From positions 1-25,688 of the forward strand of contig JANOTL010000212.1 of NCBI GenBank assembly GCA_031416315.1: a stretch of DNA of 25,688 nt, written 5' to 3'. The translations under genes and the position numbers were made by a program. The notes under the pieces were generated by a model that was not told the DNA's origin, made no database searches, and was given only the letters and a program-made list of their open reading frames with translations. Shown in pieces: positions 16,044 to 25,688 of this stretch. Numbering within the stretch: the stretch's first letter is position 1; each line of letters opens with the position of its first letter. This DNA is from Pseudomonadota bacterium. GTDB taxonomy: Bacteria; Bdellovibrionota_B; Oligoflexia; Oligoflexales; CAIYRB01.

Positions 16044-16601
16044 ATGGGACTCTTGACCTTCAGCATCAACGTCACCCTGGACGGCTGCGTCGACCACCAG
16101 GAGGGAGTCGCCGACGACGAGACACACGCCTTATTCACCCGCCTTATGGACGAGGCCGGGGCGATGCTGTGGGGCCGCGTCACCTACGAGATGATGGAGA
16201 GCTACTGGCCGGCGGTCGCCCGCGGCGATGAGGATGTGCCGCCGCCGATGCGCGAGTGGGCGGTCAAGCTGGAGGCCAAGCCGAAGTACGTGGTGGCGTC
16301 GATGCGAAAGCACTTCCCGTGGACCAACAGCCATCACATCGCCGGCGACCTGCGCACGGGCGTGCAGAAGCTCAAGGACGCGACCCCGGCCGGCGTGCTC
16401 CTCGGCAGCGGCAAGCTCGCGACCGAGCTGGACCGGCTGGATCTGATCGATGAGTACAAGTTCCTCGTCCACCCGAGGATCGCCGGCCACGGCCCGACCC
16501 TATACCAGAGCGGCCTGCCCAGCACTCGACGGCTTGAGCTGGTCTCAGCGAAGCCGCTCCGCAGCGGCGCGGTCGCCATGCACTACCGGCGCGCGCGCTG
16601 A
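16044..16601 (+). CDS. Dihydrofolate reductase / RibD C-terminal family protein
   Basis: INVTLDG, LWGRVTYE, KPKYVV, GSGKLA, LIDEY...HPRIAGHGPTL. Confidence 0.92.
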   Translation: MGLLTFSINVTLDGCVDHQEGVADDETHALFTRLMDEAGAMLWGRVTYEMMESYWPAVARGDEDVPPPMREWAVKLEAKPKYVVASMRKHFPWTNSHHIAGDLRTGVQKLKDATPAGVLLGSGKLATELDRLDLIDEYKFLVHPRIAGHGPTLYQSGLPSTRRLELVSAKPLRSGAVAMHYRRAR

Positions 16602-16813
16602 CTCAGCGAGTGTTCGATCGCGTCGCGGCTTGGAAAACGGAGTGTTGCCTCGCGATTCGTTCGTCGAAGATCACGTCCCTTGCGCGCACCAGGAGCCGAA
16701 ATCCATGTTTCCGCTCGCCTTTCCTTGACTCCTGGCGCCTAACCCGCCAAAAATTATGGCCCGGGCGCGCAAGTGAGCGCCCCTTTCCCGGACACATGGC
16801 GGGTTACTAAACG

Positions 16814-19645
16814 ATGCGTTGGCCCAATTTCTTCCGACCCGCGTGGCAACATCCGGATCCCGAACGGCGGCGGGTGGCAATCGCGACCCAAGAGCTCGAA
16901 CCCGCCCAGCTGCGGCAGTTCGTCATCGGCGATCCCGACCAGAACGTCCAAATGGCCGCCGTGGCGCAGTTGGTGAAGCGAGACGAGACAGCGACGCTGG
17001 AGGGACTGGCGCGCGAGTTGGCCCCAGAACACCCGACGCGTGAGGGCGTACACGCCTATCTGGCAGCGCACCATGCGAAGCATTGGAAGCGCGGGCTCAC
17101 GCCCTCCGCCAAGCTCGAGGTGCTGCGTACCCTACCGCATGTGCGGCTGCTGCTGCCTTTTGTCCCCTTGGTCGACACCAGCGAAGAGGCCGCTCTAGTC
17201 GAGCAGCGTCTCGCGATCGACCCACAAGTGGAGGTCGTGCGCGCGGTGCTGACGGCGCCGGCGTTTCCTACGACCGTCAAGGATCGACTCGTTCAGGTCT
17301 TGCCTAAGGAGGTGCTGACGGGCCTCTTGTCGTCCCCGGATCATCTGGCGGGCTTGGGCAAAAAATGGCGCCAACGTATCGAACAATTGCTCGGCAAAGA
17401 CTCGGTCGCGGAAACGCGCGCGCGCGAGGCGGCGGCAGAGCTCACGAGCATGCACGACCGCCTGGTCCGCGCCTTAGCCGAGACGAACGATGAGCATCCG
17501 AAGCATTTGCGCAGTAAATTTTCCCTCGCGGCATGGACGGCGCTCGATCCTGAGGGGCAGCACCCGGGGGCCTCTGCGTACCGCGTGGCGATGGCGAGCC
17601 TTGAGCAGCGGATCGCGATGATCGAGTCCTGCGAGCGGCAAATTGACGAGTTGATGCAAGCCGTCCTCGCGGCCGCCGCCGACCCCGCATGGGACAGCGA
17701 AAACAACGGACCGCACGCCATGGCCGCATTCGAAGCCCGGGTCGAAGAGCTGGAAACGCAGCTGCCCAAAACGCTGGCGCGTACCGTACAGCAAAGGCGC
17801 GAAGTTGTTCGCAGCGCAGTCGCGCGGGCGGCTGAGCAGCGGCGAGCGGAGGCCCAGGAGCAGGCCGCAGTCGGGGCGCGAACGCGGCTTGAAGTGGAAC
17901 GCGAGCAGCAGCATAAGCAGCGCGAGCGGCAACGCGAGCAGGAACTGGAGCAGGGGGAGCAGCGGCGTGCACAACACGAAGACCGCGAACGAGAAGCGAC
18001 GCGCACACTGCAGCAGCAGCTCGACGAGCTGATGGCCCGCGCCCAGGCTCTACAAGATCCGGAATTTCCACGCGGCGAACGACCGGCTCGTCTGCGTGCG
18101 CTGCGGGCGCAGTGGCAGCATTTGAACGGCCCGGGAGTCGCCGCGCTCAAACAAGCACGCGACAAACAATTTCGCGAGGCGCTCGAGGCCGCCGATGAGC
18201 TGTGTCAACAGGCGGAGGAAGAAGGCGAATGGCGGCGTTGGGCCGTGCTGCAGAGCTTCGACCGAATGGCGGACCGTGCGCAAGCGCTCCTGACGCTCGA
18301 GGACGCGACTAAGGTGGCGACCGGGCTCAAGACCTTACGACTCGAATGGCTCGAGCTGGCGCGCCAGGGCGTGGGGGTCGACGGCGCTCCGCGCGCCCGC
18401 CGGTTCCAGGAGGCCTGGGATCGCGCCTTCGAACGCGTCCATGCTGCGCAGGAGCAGTGCCTCGCAGCCCTGACGGCGTTGACGTCGGCTGAGAACGCGC
18501 CGACCGTCGCCGAGATAAAAGTCGTTCAGGATGCGTTCAGCGCGCTCGACGTGCCGGCCGGGACGAAGCAGCGCGATGTCGAAGTGGCTTTCCGCAAGGC
18601 TGTCGACGGCTTTTTCGCACAGCGCCGCCAGCACCATGAGGAGCAGCGCCAGGCTCGCGAGCTAAATCTCGAAGCTCGCCGTGGTTTGATCGCAGAGGCG
18701 GAGCGCGTTCTGGCCGACCAAGCGGCGCGTGACCAAGGGGCGCGTCTGATCGAGCTGCAGCGGCGGTGGAAAGAGATCGGGCCGGTACCTCGCGAGCACG
18801 CCGAAGCGACGTGGATCCAGTTTCGCGCTCTCTGTCAGGCGTTTTTCGACAAGCAACGCGACGAACGGACTCAAGTCGTCGCCGAGCGCGAAGCGGTGTG
18901 CACGGCGATGCAGGCGCTTTTGGACACGCTCGGGGACGAGCCAGGAAACGCCTTCGAGCAGCGTACGACCGAGGCGGAGGCCCTGATCGCGCGGTGGCAA
19001 TCGGCTGTGGTGGCGCACGCGCAGCGCGAGCCGCTCGAGTCGACGTTCCGCGAGCTCACAAAGCGGTTTTACGACGGAGTGCGGCGTGGTCAGGAAAGCA
19101 AGCGCTCGGCCGCCACTCAGGCAGTGGTGCGCAAGCTCGAGCTTGTCGAGGAGGCTGAGCTCCTCGCCGAGCGCGCCGCCAGTCCCGACGCCCTCGCGCG
19201 GCTGCGCGAGATCGAACGAGTCTGGGCGGAGCTGCCGGGCGCGGTGAAGGCGCAAGAGACCTTGCTGCTTGAGCGCCTGCGCGCGGCAACAGCCCACTAT
19301 GCCAGGGTCGCGGACGGGGCGGAGGATTCATCTGCGGACTTAGCGACGAACTTGGCGAAGAAGCGCGAGGTCTGCGGCAAGCTCGCGATCCTACACAAAC
19401 TCTGGAACCCGAAGGCCGAGTCTTTCGGCTTTGACGTTGGCGATCTCGGCCGGCAGCTGCAGTTAGCGCTCAGTCTCAAGAAGGTCGTCGACGTGCCTGG
19501 CGACACCGAAGCGACGCGGCGACGCATCTTGCGTGAAGTCGGAGAGGCGGTTTGCGAGTGGGAGGCGGCCGGCGCGGTGGCGGAAGATCAGCGCCCGGTG
19601 CTCATGCAGCAATTCCAGCGAATGATGCGAGGGTTCGTCGAATAG
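16814..19645 (+). CDS. DUF349-domain coiled-coil protein
   Basis: 943 aa, helical; N-terminal FRPAWQHPDPERR; repeats such as LQRRWKEIGPVPREHAEATWIQFRALCQAFF. Confidence 0.85.
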   Translation: MRWPNFFRPAWQHPDPERRRVAIATQELEPAQLRQFVIGDPDQNVQMAAVAQLVKRDETATLEGLARELAPEHPTREGVHAYLAAHHAKHWKRGLTPSAKLEVLRTLPHVRLLLPFVPLVDTSEEAALVEQRLAIDPQVEVVRAVLTAPAFPTTVKDRLVQVLPKEVLTGLLSSPDHLAGLGKKWRQRIEQLLGKDSVAETRAREAAAELTSMHDRLVRALAETNDEHPKHLRSKFSLAAWTALDPEGQHPGASAYRVAMASLEQRIAMIESCERQIDELMQAVLAAAADPAWDSENNGPHAMAAFEARVEELETQLPKTLARTVQQRREVVRSAVARAAEQRRAEAQEQAAVGARTRLEVEREQQHKQRERQREQELEQGEQRRAQHEDREREATRTLQQQLDELMARAQALQDPEFPRGERPARLRALRAQWQHLNGPGVAALKQARDKQFREALEAADELCQQAEEEGEWRRWAVLQSFDRMADRAQALLTLEDATKVATGLKTLRLEWLELARQGVGVDGAPRARRFQEAWDRAFERVHAAQEQCLAALTALTSAENAPTVAEIKVVQDAFSALDVPAGTKQRDVEVAFRKAVDGFFAQRRQHHEEQRQARELNLEARRGLIAEAERVLADQAARDQGARLIELQRRWKEIGPVPREHAEATWIQFRALCQAFFDKQRDERTQVVAEREAVCTAMQALLDTLGDEPGNAFEQRTTEAEALIARWQSAVVAHAQREPLESTFRELTKRFYDGVRRGQESKRSAATQAVVRKLELVEEAELLAERAASPDALARLREIERVWAELPGAVKAQETLLLERLRAATAHYARVADGAEDSSADLATNLAKKREVCGKLAILHKLWNPKAESFGFDVGDLGRQLQLALSLKKVVDVPGDTEATRRRILREVGEAVCEWEAAGAVAEDQRPVLMQQFQRMMRGFVE

Positions 19646-19697
19646 TCGAGCGCAGTGGGGTGTTTCAAGGAGGGAGCGCCCCCCCCCTTCCTCGCGA

Positions 19698-19937
19698 CTA
19701 GTTCGCGGAGGCCTGGTCTTCTTTCCTTGGTCTTCGCCCACGTAACGGCGCCATTGCTCCGTCCAAAAGCATCCCCAAGAACCGATCTTTCGTGATACTG
19801 ATCGGCGCGAAGACCGCCAACGTATAGGCTTTGCTGCGCGACGTGTCGAGCGACAGCGGCGAGGCGCCGTCGCCCCGCAGCACGACGCGCACGAGGCCGG
19901 AGGTGTCGACGACGGTGACGGTGACGAGAGACGCCAC
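19698..19937 (-). pseudogene. Remnant of a GlcG/HbpS heme-binding family gene
   Basis: 19809-19925 reads VTVTVVDTSGLVRVVLRGDGASPLSLDTSRSKAYTLAVF; the flanking parts of the domain are not recognisable. Confidence 0.6.
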
Positions 19938-20104
19938 TCGAGCCTAAGGCGTCCGGGCAGAACGACGACATGACGGCTTGCTTCTTGCAGACATCCTGCA
20001 ACGCACACGGTCAAATGGGCTTCTCGAACGTCCTGGTCGACTTGGGCAATTGCGCGAGCAAAGCCAGAGTTCGGTACGCGTGAAATGAGCGAAGGATTGA
20101 TCCG

Positions 20105-21592
20105 ATGTCTCCGTCACGGCACAGCCCCGATCTCCTAGAGAACCTCATCGAGGCCGCACCCGACGCGATGGTCGTCGTCAACAGTGCGGGGAAAATCCTG
20201 TTGGTAAACCGACAGGCAGAAGCGCTCTTTGGCTACCGTCGTAGCGAGCTGATCGACCGCCGCGTAGAAATGCTCGTACCGGAAGCCAGCGCTCACAACC
20301 ACGTCGCCGTCCGCGAAAGATTCTCGCAATTTCCCAGTCTTCGTCCTATGGGAGCGGGGAGCAACTTAAAGGGTCGCCGCAAGGACGGCGCCGAAATCGC
20401 CATCGACATCATGCTCAGTCCGGTCGACGGCGCTAGCGGCATCGCCATCATCGCTACGGTACGTGATGCGACGGCACGTCAACTCGCGGCCGACAAGCTG
20501 GAGACAAGCGAGGCCATGTTCCGCGCGCTCCACGATCAATCGCCTGACGCGATCATCGCAGTCGACCGGCGAGGCTGCATCGTCCAATGCAATCAGAAAG
20601 TGCAAGAAATGTTCGGGTACGAGTCGGCTGAGCTACTTGGCAAGGAAATTGAGGTCCTCGTACCCAAGCGTTTCCGCCAGAATCATGTTGCTCAGAGAGT
20701 CGCATATACCGCGCGACCGCATTCGAGGCCTATGGGGGCTGGAGCAGATCTTCTTGCAATGCGCAAAGACGGGTTCGAATTTCCCGTCGACATCTTGTTG
20801 AGTCCCGTCCAAGTACCGGGTGGCGATGTGGTCATCAGTGTAGTGCGGGACGTCACCGAGCGAAAAGCAGCCGCTAGGCTGCTAACAGCACGCGCTGAAC
20901 AGCTCAGTCGATCCAACCAAGAACTCGAGCAGTTTGCTTACGTCGCGTCGCATGATCTTCAAGAGCCGCTCCGCGCCGTTGCGTCATCATGTCAGGTGCT
21001 GCAGAGAAAGCTTGCCGAAAAGCTCGACGAAGATTCGGGAGAATTTCTTCAATTCGCAGTCGATGGCGCTAAGCGGATGCAGGACCTAATCAACGACCTG
21101 CTGACGCTTTCACGAGCTGGTCGTAGCAAACCATTCGAATGCGTTGAGATGAGTCTTGTTTTGGAGCGAGCACTTGCGAACCTCGGATCGCAGATCCATG
21201 AGACGAAAGCATCGATATCAGCCGACGCGCTCCCGTCCGTCGGCGGCGACTTTTCTCAGCTCGTGCAGCTCTTCCAGAATCTAATCAGCAACGGAATGAA
21301 GTTTTGTTCCGGGGTGGCTCCGGTCATTCGCGTTTCCGTGACCGAGGCGCCGGAGAGTTGGACGTTTTCGATCAAGGACAACGGAATCGGAATTCCACAG
21401 GATTATCAACACAAGATATTTGTGATCTTTCAGCGACTGCACCGACAAGACCAATACCCAGGCACCGGCATCGGCTTAGCAATCTGTAAGAAGATCGTCG
21501 AAAGCCACGACGGCAAGATCTGGATCGAATCCGTCGCAGGCGCGGGGAGCACATTTTCCTTCACGCTTCCAAAGCGTTCGAAGCAGGAGTGA
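20105..21592 (+). CDS. Cytoplasmic PAS-PAS sensor histidine kinase
   Basis: Two PAS/PAC domains; H box [34 protein letters not shown]; no TM segments. Confidence 0.95.
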   Translation: MSPSRHSPDLLENLIEAAPDAMVVVNSAGKILLVNRQAEALFGYRRSELIDRRVEMLVPEASAHNHVAVRERFSQFPSLRPMGAGSNLKGRRKDGAEIAIDIMLSPVDGASGIAIIATVRDATARQLAADKLETSEAMFRALHDQSPDAIIAVDRRGCIVQCNQKVQEMFGYESAELLGKEIEVLVPKRFRQNHVAQRVAYTARPHSRPMGAGADLLAMRKDGFEFPVDILLSPVQVPGGDVVISVVRDVTERKAAARLLTARAEQLSRSNQELEQFAYVASHDLQEPLRAVASSCQVLQRKLAEKLDEDSGEFLQFAVDGAKRMQDLINDLLTLSRAGRSKPFECVEMSLVLERALANLGSQIHETKASISADALPSVGGDFSQLVQLFQNLISNGMKFCSGVAPVIRVSVTEAPESWTFSIKDNGIGIPQDYQHKIFVIFQRLHRQDQYPGTGIGLAICKKIVESHDGKIWIESVAGAGSTFSFTLPKRSKQE

Positions 21593-21594
21593 CC

Positions 21595-22050
21595 ATGGAC
21601 AAGCCCATCGAAATTCTCCTCATCGAAGACAATCACATCGACGTCAAGTTGACAAAAGAAGCGCTGAAGGAGGGGAAAGTCCGAAACAACCTCCACGTTG
21701 CGCGCGACGGCGAAGAAGCTCTCGACTTCCTCTACAAACGGGGAATCTTCGCCAATGCCGTGAGACCAGACATCATTCTTCTCGATCTGAATTTGCCCCG
21801 GATCGATGGTCGCGAGATTCTCCAACGCATCAAACCGGACCCAAATCTACGCACCATTCCGGTGGTCGTCCTGACGACGTCAAAGTCAGACGAGGACATC
21901 GTTCGCAGCTACGATCTCAATGTCAATTGCTACATCACGAAACCGGTCGACATGAATCAGTTCATCGACGTCGTCAAGGCAATCGATCACTTCTGGTTTA
22001 CGATCGTAGCTCTGCCTCCAAAACACGTACATGATCAGGGTCGCACTTGA
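21595..22050 (+). CDS. Single-domain response regulator (Rcp1-like)
   Basis: ILLIEDN, LLDLNLP, LTTS, YITKPVD; AGGAG RBS. Confidence 0.95.
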   Translation: MDKPIEILLIEDNHIDVKLTKEALKEGKVRNNLHVARDGEEALDFLYKRGIFANAVRPDIILLDLNLPRIDGREILQRIKPDPNLRTIPVVVLTTSKSDEDIVRSYDLNVNCYITKPVDMNQFIDVVKAIDHFWFTIVALPPKHVHDQGRT

Positions 22051-22080
22051 AAAGCCTCGACCCCGCAGGCTCCGTCCGAA

Positions 22081-23157
22081 TCAGTGACAATCCGCATGCG
22101 GCAGCGAAAAGAAGAATGTCGATCCCTTGTTAGGAATCGATTGAAGCCACATTTTCCCGCCATGTCGTTCGACGATTTTTTTGCAGAGCGTCAAGCCAAG
22201 GCCAATGCCGTCGTACGACTCGCGGGTATGAAGCCGCCTAAAGATGACGAAAATCCTGTCAAAATATTTCGACTCGATACCGATTCCATCGTCGCGCACG
22301 GAAAACACCCACCGAAACTCTTCTTTGATCGCCGAAACATGAATGCGCGCGGGACTTTCCCCGTGAAATTTTATGGCATTGCCGATGAGATTCATCAGAA
22401 CTCTCGTGATTTGGGCGGCGTCCGCGAGGATGACGGGCAGCGGATCGTGAGTGACGACAGCCCCGCTTTCTTCGATCTTGAGGCGAAGGCTGGCGAGAAT
22501 CTTCTCGAAAACCAATTCGCAGTCCGAAGCCGCCGAAACTTTCGCAGTCGTCGTCACGCGTGAGTAGTCGAGCAGTCCCGAAATTAGATCCTGCATGCGC
22601 TTTGCTCCGTCGACTGCAATGCCGATGAAGGCTTGCTCCTCCTCGTTGATCCTCCCGGCCAGCCGCCTCTCGAGCAACTGGCACGCACCCGCAACGGCGC
22701 GCAGGGGTTCCTTCAAGTCATGAGACGCTGCATAAGCGAACTCATCAAACTCCCCATTCGATCGAGCTAGTAGCTCGGCACTTTCGCGATGCCTGCCCTC
22801 GGCTTGCTTTCCCATGCTGACATCGTGAACGAAATAGACGAAAAACTTTCCTTCGGAAGTCTTCAGCGGCCGCAAACTGAGTTCGAGGAGCACTCCCTCG
22901 CCGCCCTTGCAACGACCCAAGATTTCGGTACCGCTCCCCATGGGAGACGACTTCCCAGCGCACAGCGTCGGGACGAGAAACTCAATCGGCTGCCCGATCA
23001 CTTCATCCCGCGAGTATCCAAATCTTCGCATCGCCTCAGCATTTACCCTTGCGATCCGACCATCTTCGCGAGTGATGACGATGGGATCTGGCGCAGCGTC
23101 CAGCATTTCGTAAAGCCCGCTCGCGTCAACGGCCGACAGCTGCGTCTGCGTGATCAT
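22081..23157 (-). CDS. PAS sensor histidine kinase (single, shortened PAS)
   Basis: FAYAASHDLKEPLR, NLIGNAIKF, DDGIG, GIGLGL; start at 23157 chosen by RBS (ORF extends to 23205). Confidence 0.9.
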   Translation of the reverse strand: MITQTQLSAVDASGLYEMLDAAPDPIVITREDGRIARVNAEAMRRFGYSRDEVIGQPIEFLVPTLCAGKSSPMGSGTEILGRCKGGEGVLLELSLRPLKTSEGKFFVYFVHDVSMGKQAEGRHRESAELLARSNGEFDEFAYAASHDLKEPLRAVAGACQLLERRLAGRINEEEQAFIGIAVDGAKRMQDLISGLLDYSRVTTTAKVSAASDCELVFEKILASLRLKIEESGAVVTHDPLPVILADAAQITRVLMNLIGNAIKFHGESPARIHVSAIKEEFRWVFSVRDDGIGIESKYFDRIFVIFRRLHTRESYDGIGLGLTLCKKIVERHGGKMWLQSIPNKGSTFFFSLPHADCH

Positions 23158-23353
23158 TGCTGTGCCCCTAGTAAAGCCGAGCAATTGAGGTGACGATGCA
23201 ACCAAGGATCATGGCGCTCAGCGGCGTTCGGAGATCGTGGCTCATGAAAGTAAGGAAGTCCGTCTCTGCTTGCCTGGCGCACTTGACGGACTCCAATTCA
23301 CGCGCTTCTGCTAGTCGCACGTCGTGCAGCAGGGGATTTTAGCCTGAACGGTC

Positions 23354-23369
23354 TGCACGGTACGTGCCA
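23354..23369 (-). promoter_or_regulatory. Sigma-54 promoter motif pointing to the second kinase
   Basis: TGGCACGTACCGTGCA. Confidence 0.55.
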
Positions 23370-23506
23370 AGTCTGTACCATCCCAGAAATGGCGAGCGGG
23401 ACGCTGGGGTCGTTTCTGAAGTGCACATTGGCTCGAAAGAGTGCGCTGATGGCTTCGTTTCCAATCAGCTAAGCGCCGAATGGCGCCATCGGTGGCCGTC
23501 GCATGA

Positions 23507-23522
23507 TGGCACTAACCTTGCT
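23507..23522 (+). promoter_or_regulatory. Sigma-54 promoter motif
   Basis: TGGCACTAACCTTGCT, near consensus. Confidence 0.6.
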
Positions 23523-23728
23523 GCATACGAGTATTCACGGATCAAAAGAGGCGCCAGCGATGCTTGAACACGGAAGTAAGGTGACCGTGACTCGGGCTGG
23601 AGTCTAGGAGAGGCGGAACGCCGTGCGAATTCATACAGATCGCATGGCGCGGCAGTCCGAATCGCGGCGACGGGGGATAGCTTCTCTTCGCAATCCTTAG
23701 CCACTACGAACTTACAGAAGATAGACCG

Positions 23729-24091
23729 ATGTTAATCTCAATGCTCGCCATAGCACTATCTTCGATCATCGCCCCCGCGCCCGTCGGCTCAATCGTCGGC
23801 CCCTTGACCTCCCTGTTATGCGGTGAGATCGATCCGATCGTCATCGGCGACGCTTGCGTCGCCAGGCTAGTCACCGTCGAGGGGCAGGCGTTCGGGCTCG
23901 TCGCTGACATCGAATTCTTCAGCGACGAGGACTACGGCGAGCTCCATTCCCTTCGTGGCGCATCCATTCGCGTCGAATGGAGCGAGATTCAGCGTATCGA
24001 GGATCCGAAGACGCTCGAGGTCTTGGGCACAGTCGGGCGAGAGCAGTTGCCCTACTATCGCTGGACCGGCCGATGGGACGTCGCCGAGTAG
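23729..24091 (+). CDS. Hypothetical exported protein (120 aa, two Cys)
   Basis: Signal-peptide-like N-terminus and plausible codon usage; no family recognised. Confidence 0.6.
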   Translation: MLISMLAIALSSIIAPAPVGSIVGPLTSLLCGEIDPIVIGDACVARLVTVEGQAFGLVADIEFFSDEDYGELHSLRGASIRVEWSEIQRIEDPKTLEVLGTVGREQLPYYRWTGRWDVAE

Positions 24092-24126
24092 CCCCTAGCG
24101 TTGCGCCAGATCGCGCACCCGGACCT

Positions 24127-24142
24127 TGGCATTGAACCTGCT
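24127..24142 (+). promoter_or_regulatory. Sigma-54 promoter motif upstream of the CBS gene
   Basis: TGGCATTGAACCTGCT, GG-N10-GC. Confidence 0.5.
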
Positions 24143-24162
24143 AGGAGTTCGGGACGGCGCAG

Positions 24163-24690
24163 TTGCCGATGGAGGCGATCCCTTTGCGACTTACTACTGT
24201 CCATGATGCCGTGCCGATCCCCCGTGCGATCTTGACCGTATCGGTAGACGCATCAGTCACCGTCGCCGCCAGAATCATGCGCGAAAACGACGTCCACAAT
24301 CTCGTCGTCGTCGATACCCGCGGTGGCGTCGTCGGGGTTCTGTCCCAGAAGGACCTGTTCAGGGCCGCAGTCGACGCCTCTGGCTCGTGGTCGTCTAAGC
24401 CAGACGCGATCGTTTCCGAGCTCACGGTCCGTCTGCCTCAGTTCGCCAACGACGATACGACTCTCGAGGAAGCCCTTGAGCTCATGGTTAAGCATCGCTG
24501 CTCCGCGTTGCCGATCGTCCGATCGACCGGCCTCGTTGGTTTGATCACCGAAACCGACCTCCTTCGAGCGCTCGCGAAGCTTTTGCAAGCGGCGACGCCT
24601 CTCGAAGACGCGCGGCGCAAGAGCGTCGTCACGTTGGCTAACCCGCTGATTCAGAAGGCTCTTCAAATCGTCGCTGATGCAGGCATCTGA
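24163..24690 (+). CDS. CBS-pair domain protein
   Basis: AARIMRENDVHNLVVVD...VVGVLSQKDL and ALELMVKHRCSALPIV...LVGLITETDLL; true start may be 24169 or 24184. Confidence 0.9.
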   Translation: MPMEAIPLRLTTVHDAVPIPRAILTVSVDASVTVAARIMRENDVHNLVVVDTRGGVVGVLSQKDLFRAAVDASGSWSSKPDAIVSELTVRLPQFANDDTTLEEALELMVKHRCSALPIVRSTGLVGLITETDLLRALAKLLQAATPLEDARRKSVVTLANPLIQKALQIVADAGI

Positions 24691-24699
24691 CCTGAAAGC

Positions 24700-25688
24700 C
24701 TATTTCAGAGTCTTAGAGAGCAACGCGACGATGTCGATCAGGAAGAGAACGACGATCGTTGCTTCCATCCACAGCATTCTTTTTTCGTAGATGTCCGACT
24801 TAACGACCGAGTGGAGGCGATCAAGATGCTCAAGCCGGTCGTAGACGCTGCGCCGCCATTGCTCGAGGTGGAAGCGCTCGCGCGCTCCGACATAGACGCG
24901 CGCGAGGTACCAGTCGCCAATGAATTTTCCGATGTGATCCACCTGGTCACTCAGTTTCGCGAAGTCGACGCGGATGGTTCTGAGAATGCGTAGGATCTTG
25001 CGCGAACGGCGAAGTCGGCCTAATCCGCGCCTCTTGTCGAGCTCGTAAGCTTCTTCAAGGTGCAGATCGAGCTGCGCGTCCATGACACGGAACTCTTCAA
25101 CCTGCAGGTTCGCGAGCTCCAGCACGTTCAGGACATCTTCAATATAACCCTTCTGATCGACGACAAGTGCACAATCCCAGTCCATGACGACTAGATCCGT
25201 CTTCTCGAAAGCAATCTGGACCTTGAGGGCACTGACGACTTGTTCCGGAGCCAGAAGCTTTGGATCGCTCGTCTTGGACAAGAGGGCCGCGATCGATTCT
25301 CCATGCGCATCTCGCCAAAAGGCGGCATTGACCCCTTCTGGAAGCTTCGTGATGCAGAAGACTGTGTATGCCTCAGGCGCGTGAGGTGGGGCGGGTTTGA
25401 TCAGAAGGTCGCCGAGACTGCGCTGGACGTCCCCGCAAACTTCCTTCGCATATGCGTTCAGCCCTTTCCCGGTCTCGAAAGTCGGATCATTTGCCCTACC
25501 GAGCTCGTCGAGAGTGAGGTCTTCGAACGGCAAGCGCACCATGATCGAGACGACGCCGACCTGCCAGATGCGGACCTCGGTCTTCATGGGAACGGCGGCG
25601 GCGCCGGTCGGACCGGGCGGTTGCGTGAAGCCGCTTACCCTGGGTGGCGAGGAGGAAATCTCGACGAGCAGAGGCCGGTGGAACGGCA
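24700..25688 (-). CDS. Uncharacterised protein with C-terminal TM helix (RMD1/DUF155-like), 5' end outside window
   Basis: The frame is open from the window edge to 24700; LELANLQ, GDWYLARVY...RFHL..W, and C-terminal MEATIVVLFLID. Confidence 0.75.
   Translation of the reverse strand, partial: PFHRPLLVEISSSPPRVSGFTQPPGPTGAAAVPMKTEVRIWQVGVVSIMVRLPFEDLTLDELGRANDPTFETGKGLNAYAKEVCGDVQRSLGDLLIKPAPPHAPEAYTVFCITKLPEGVNAAFWRDAHGESIAALLSKTSDPKLLAPEQVVSALKVQIAFEKTDLVVMDWDCALVVDQKGYIEDVLNVLELANLQVEEFRVMDAQLDLHLEEAYELDKRRGLGRLRRSRKILRILRTIRVDFAKLSDQVDHIGKFIGDWYLARVYVGARERFHLEQWRRSVYDRLEHLDRLHSVVKSDIYEKRMLWMEATIVVLFLIDIVALLSKTLK

Noticed and set aside
19666..19692. Rho-independent terminator after the DUF349 gene
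   Set aside because: The purine/pyrimidine stem is imperfect and lacks a U-tract.
20105..22050. Phytochrome (Cph1/Rcp1) light sensor
   Set aside because: The kinase core and receiver are of that type, but there is no GAF/PHY chromophore module.

Overview
GC-rich bacterial DNA with three parts. (1) 1-5510 is a sulfur-handling cluster: a CS2-hydrolase-like beta-carbonic anhydrase (frameshifted, running off the left edge), DUF302, OsmC, an internally deleted sigma-54 activator, TauE, an internally deleted rhodanese, a YeeE/YedE pair and a persulfide dioxygenase. (2) 5860-15400 is a copper cluster. A co-oriented run of copA and a multicopper oxidase is followed by a four-gene cassette I cannot assign to a characterised system: a Met-rich periplasmic protein, a membrane-anchored FAD/NAD(P)H-[2Fe-2S] reductase with a Met/His-rich exported N-terminus, a 4-His cytochrome-b-like membrane protein and a 7-heme cytochrome c. 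Together these look like a trans-membrane electron conduit. A 55-aa twin-GGCCG ORF missing from the ORF track sits at the end. An att-like site at about 15813-15980 suggests parts 1-2 lie inside a genomic island. (3) 16044-25688 holds a DHFR/RibD-C family gene, a DUF349 gene, a GlcG/HbpS remnant, two convergent PAS histidine kinases around one single-domain receiver, a hypothetical gene, a CBS gene and a partial membrane-protein gene. Several divergent pairs of sigma-54 (-24/-12) promoter motifs are visible. No rRNA, intact tRNA or CRISPR array was seen. All family calls come from motif recognition by eye, not database searches.
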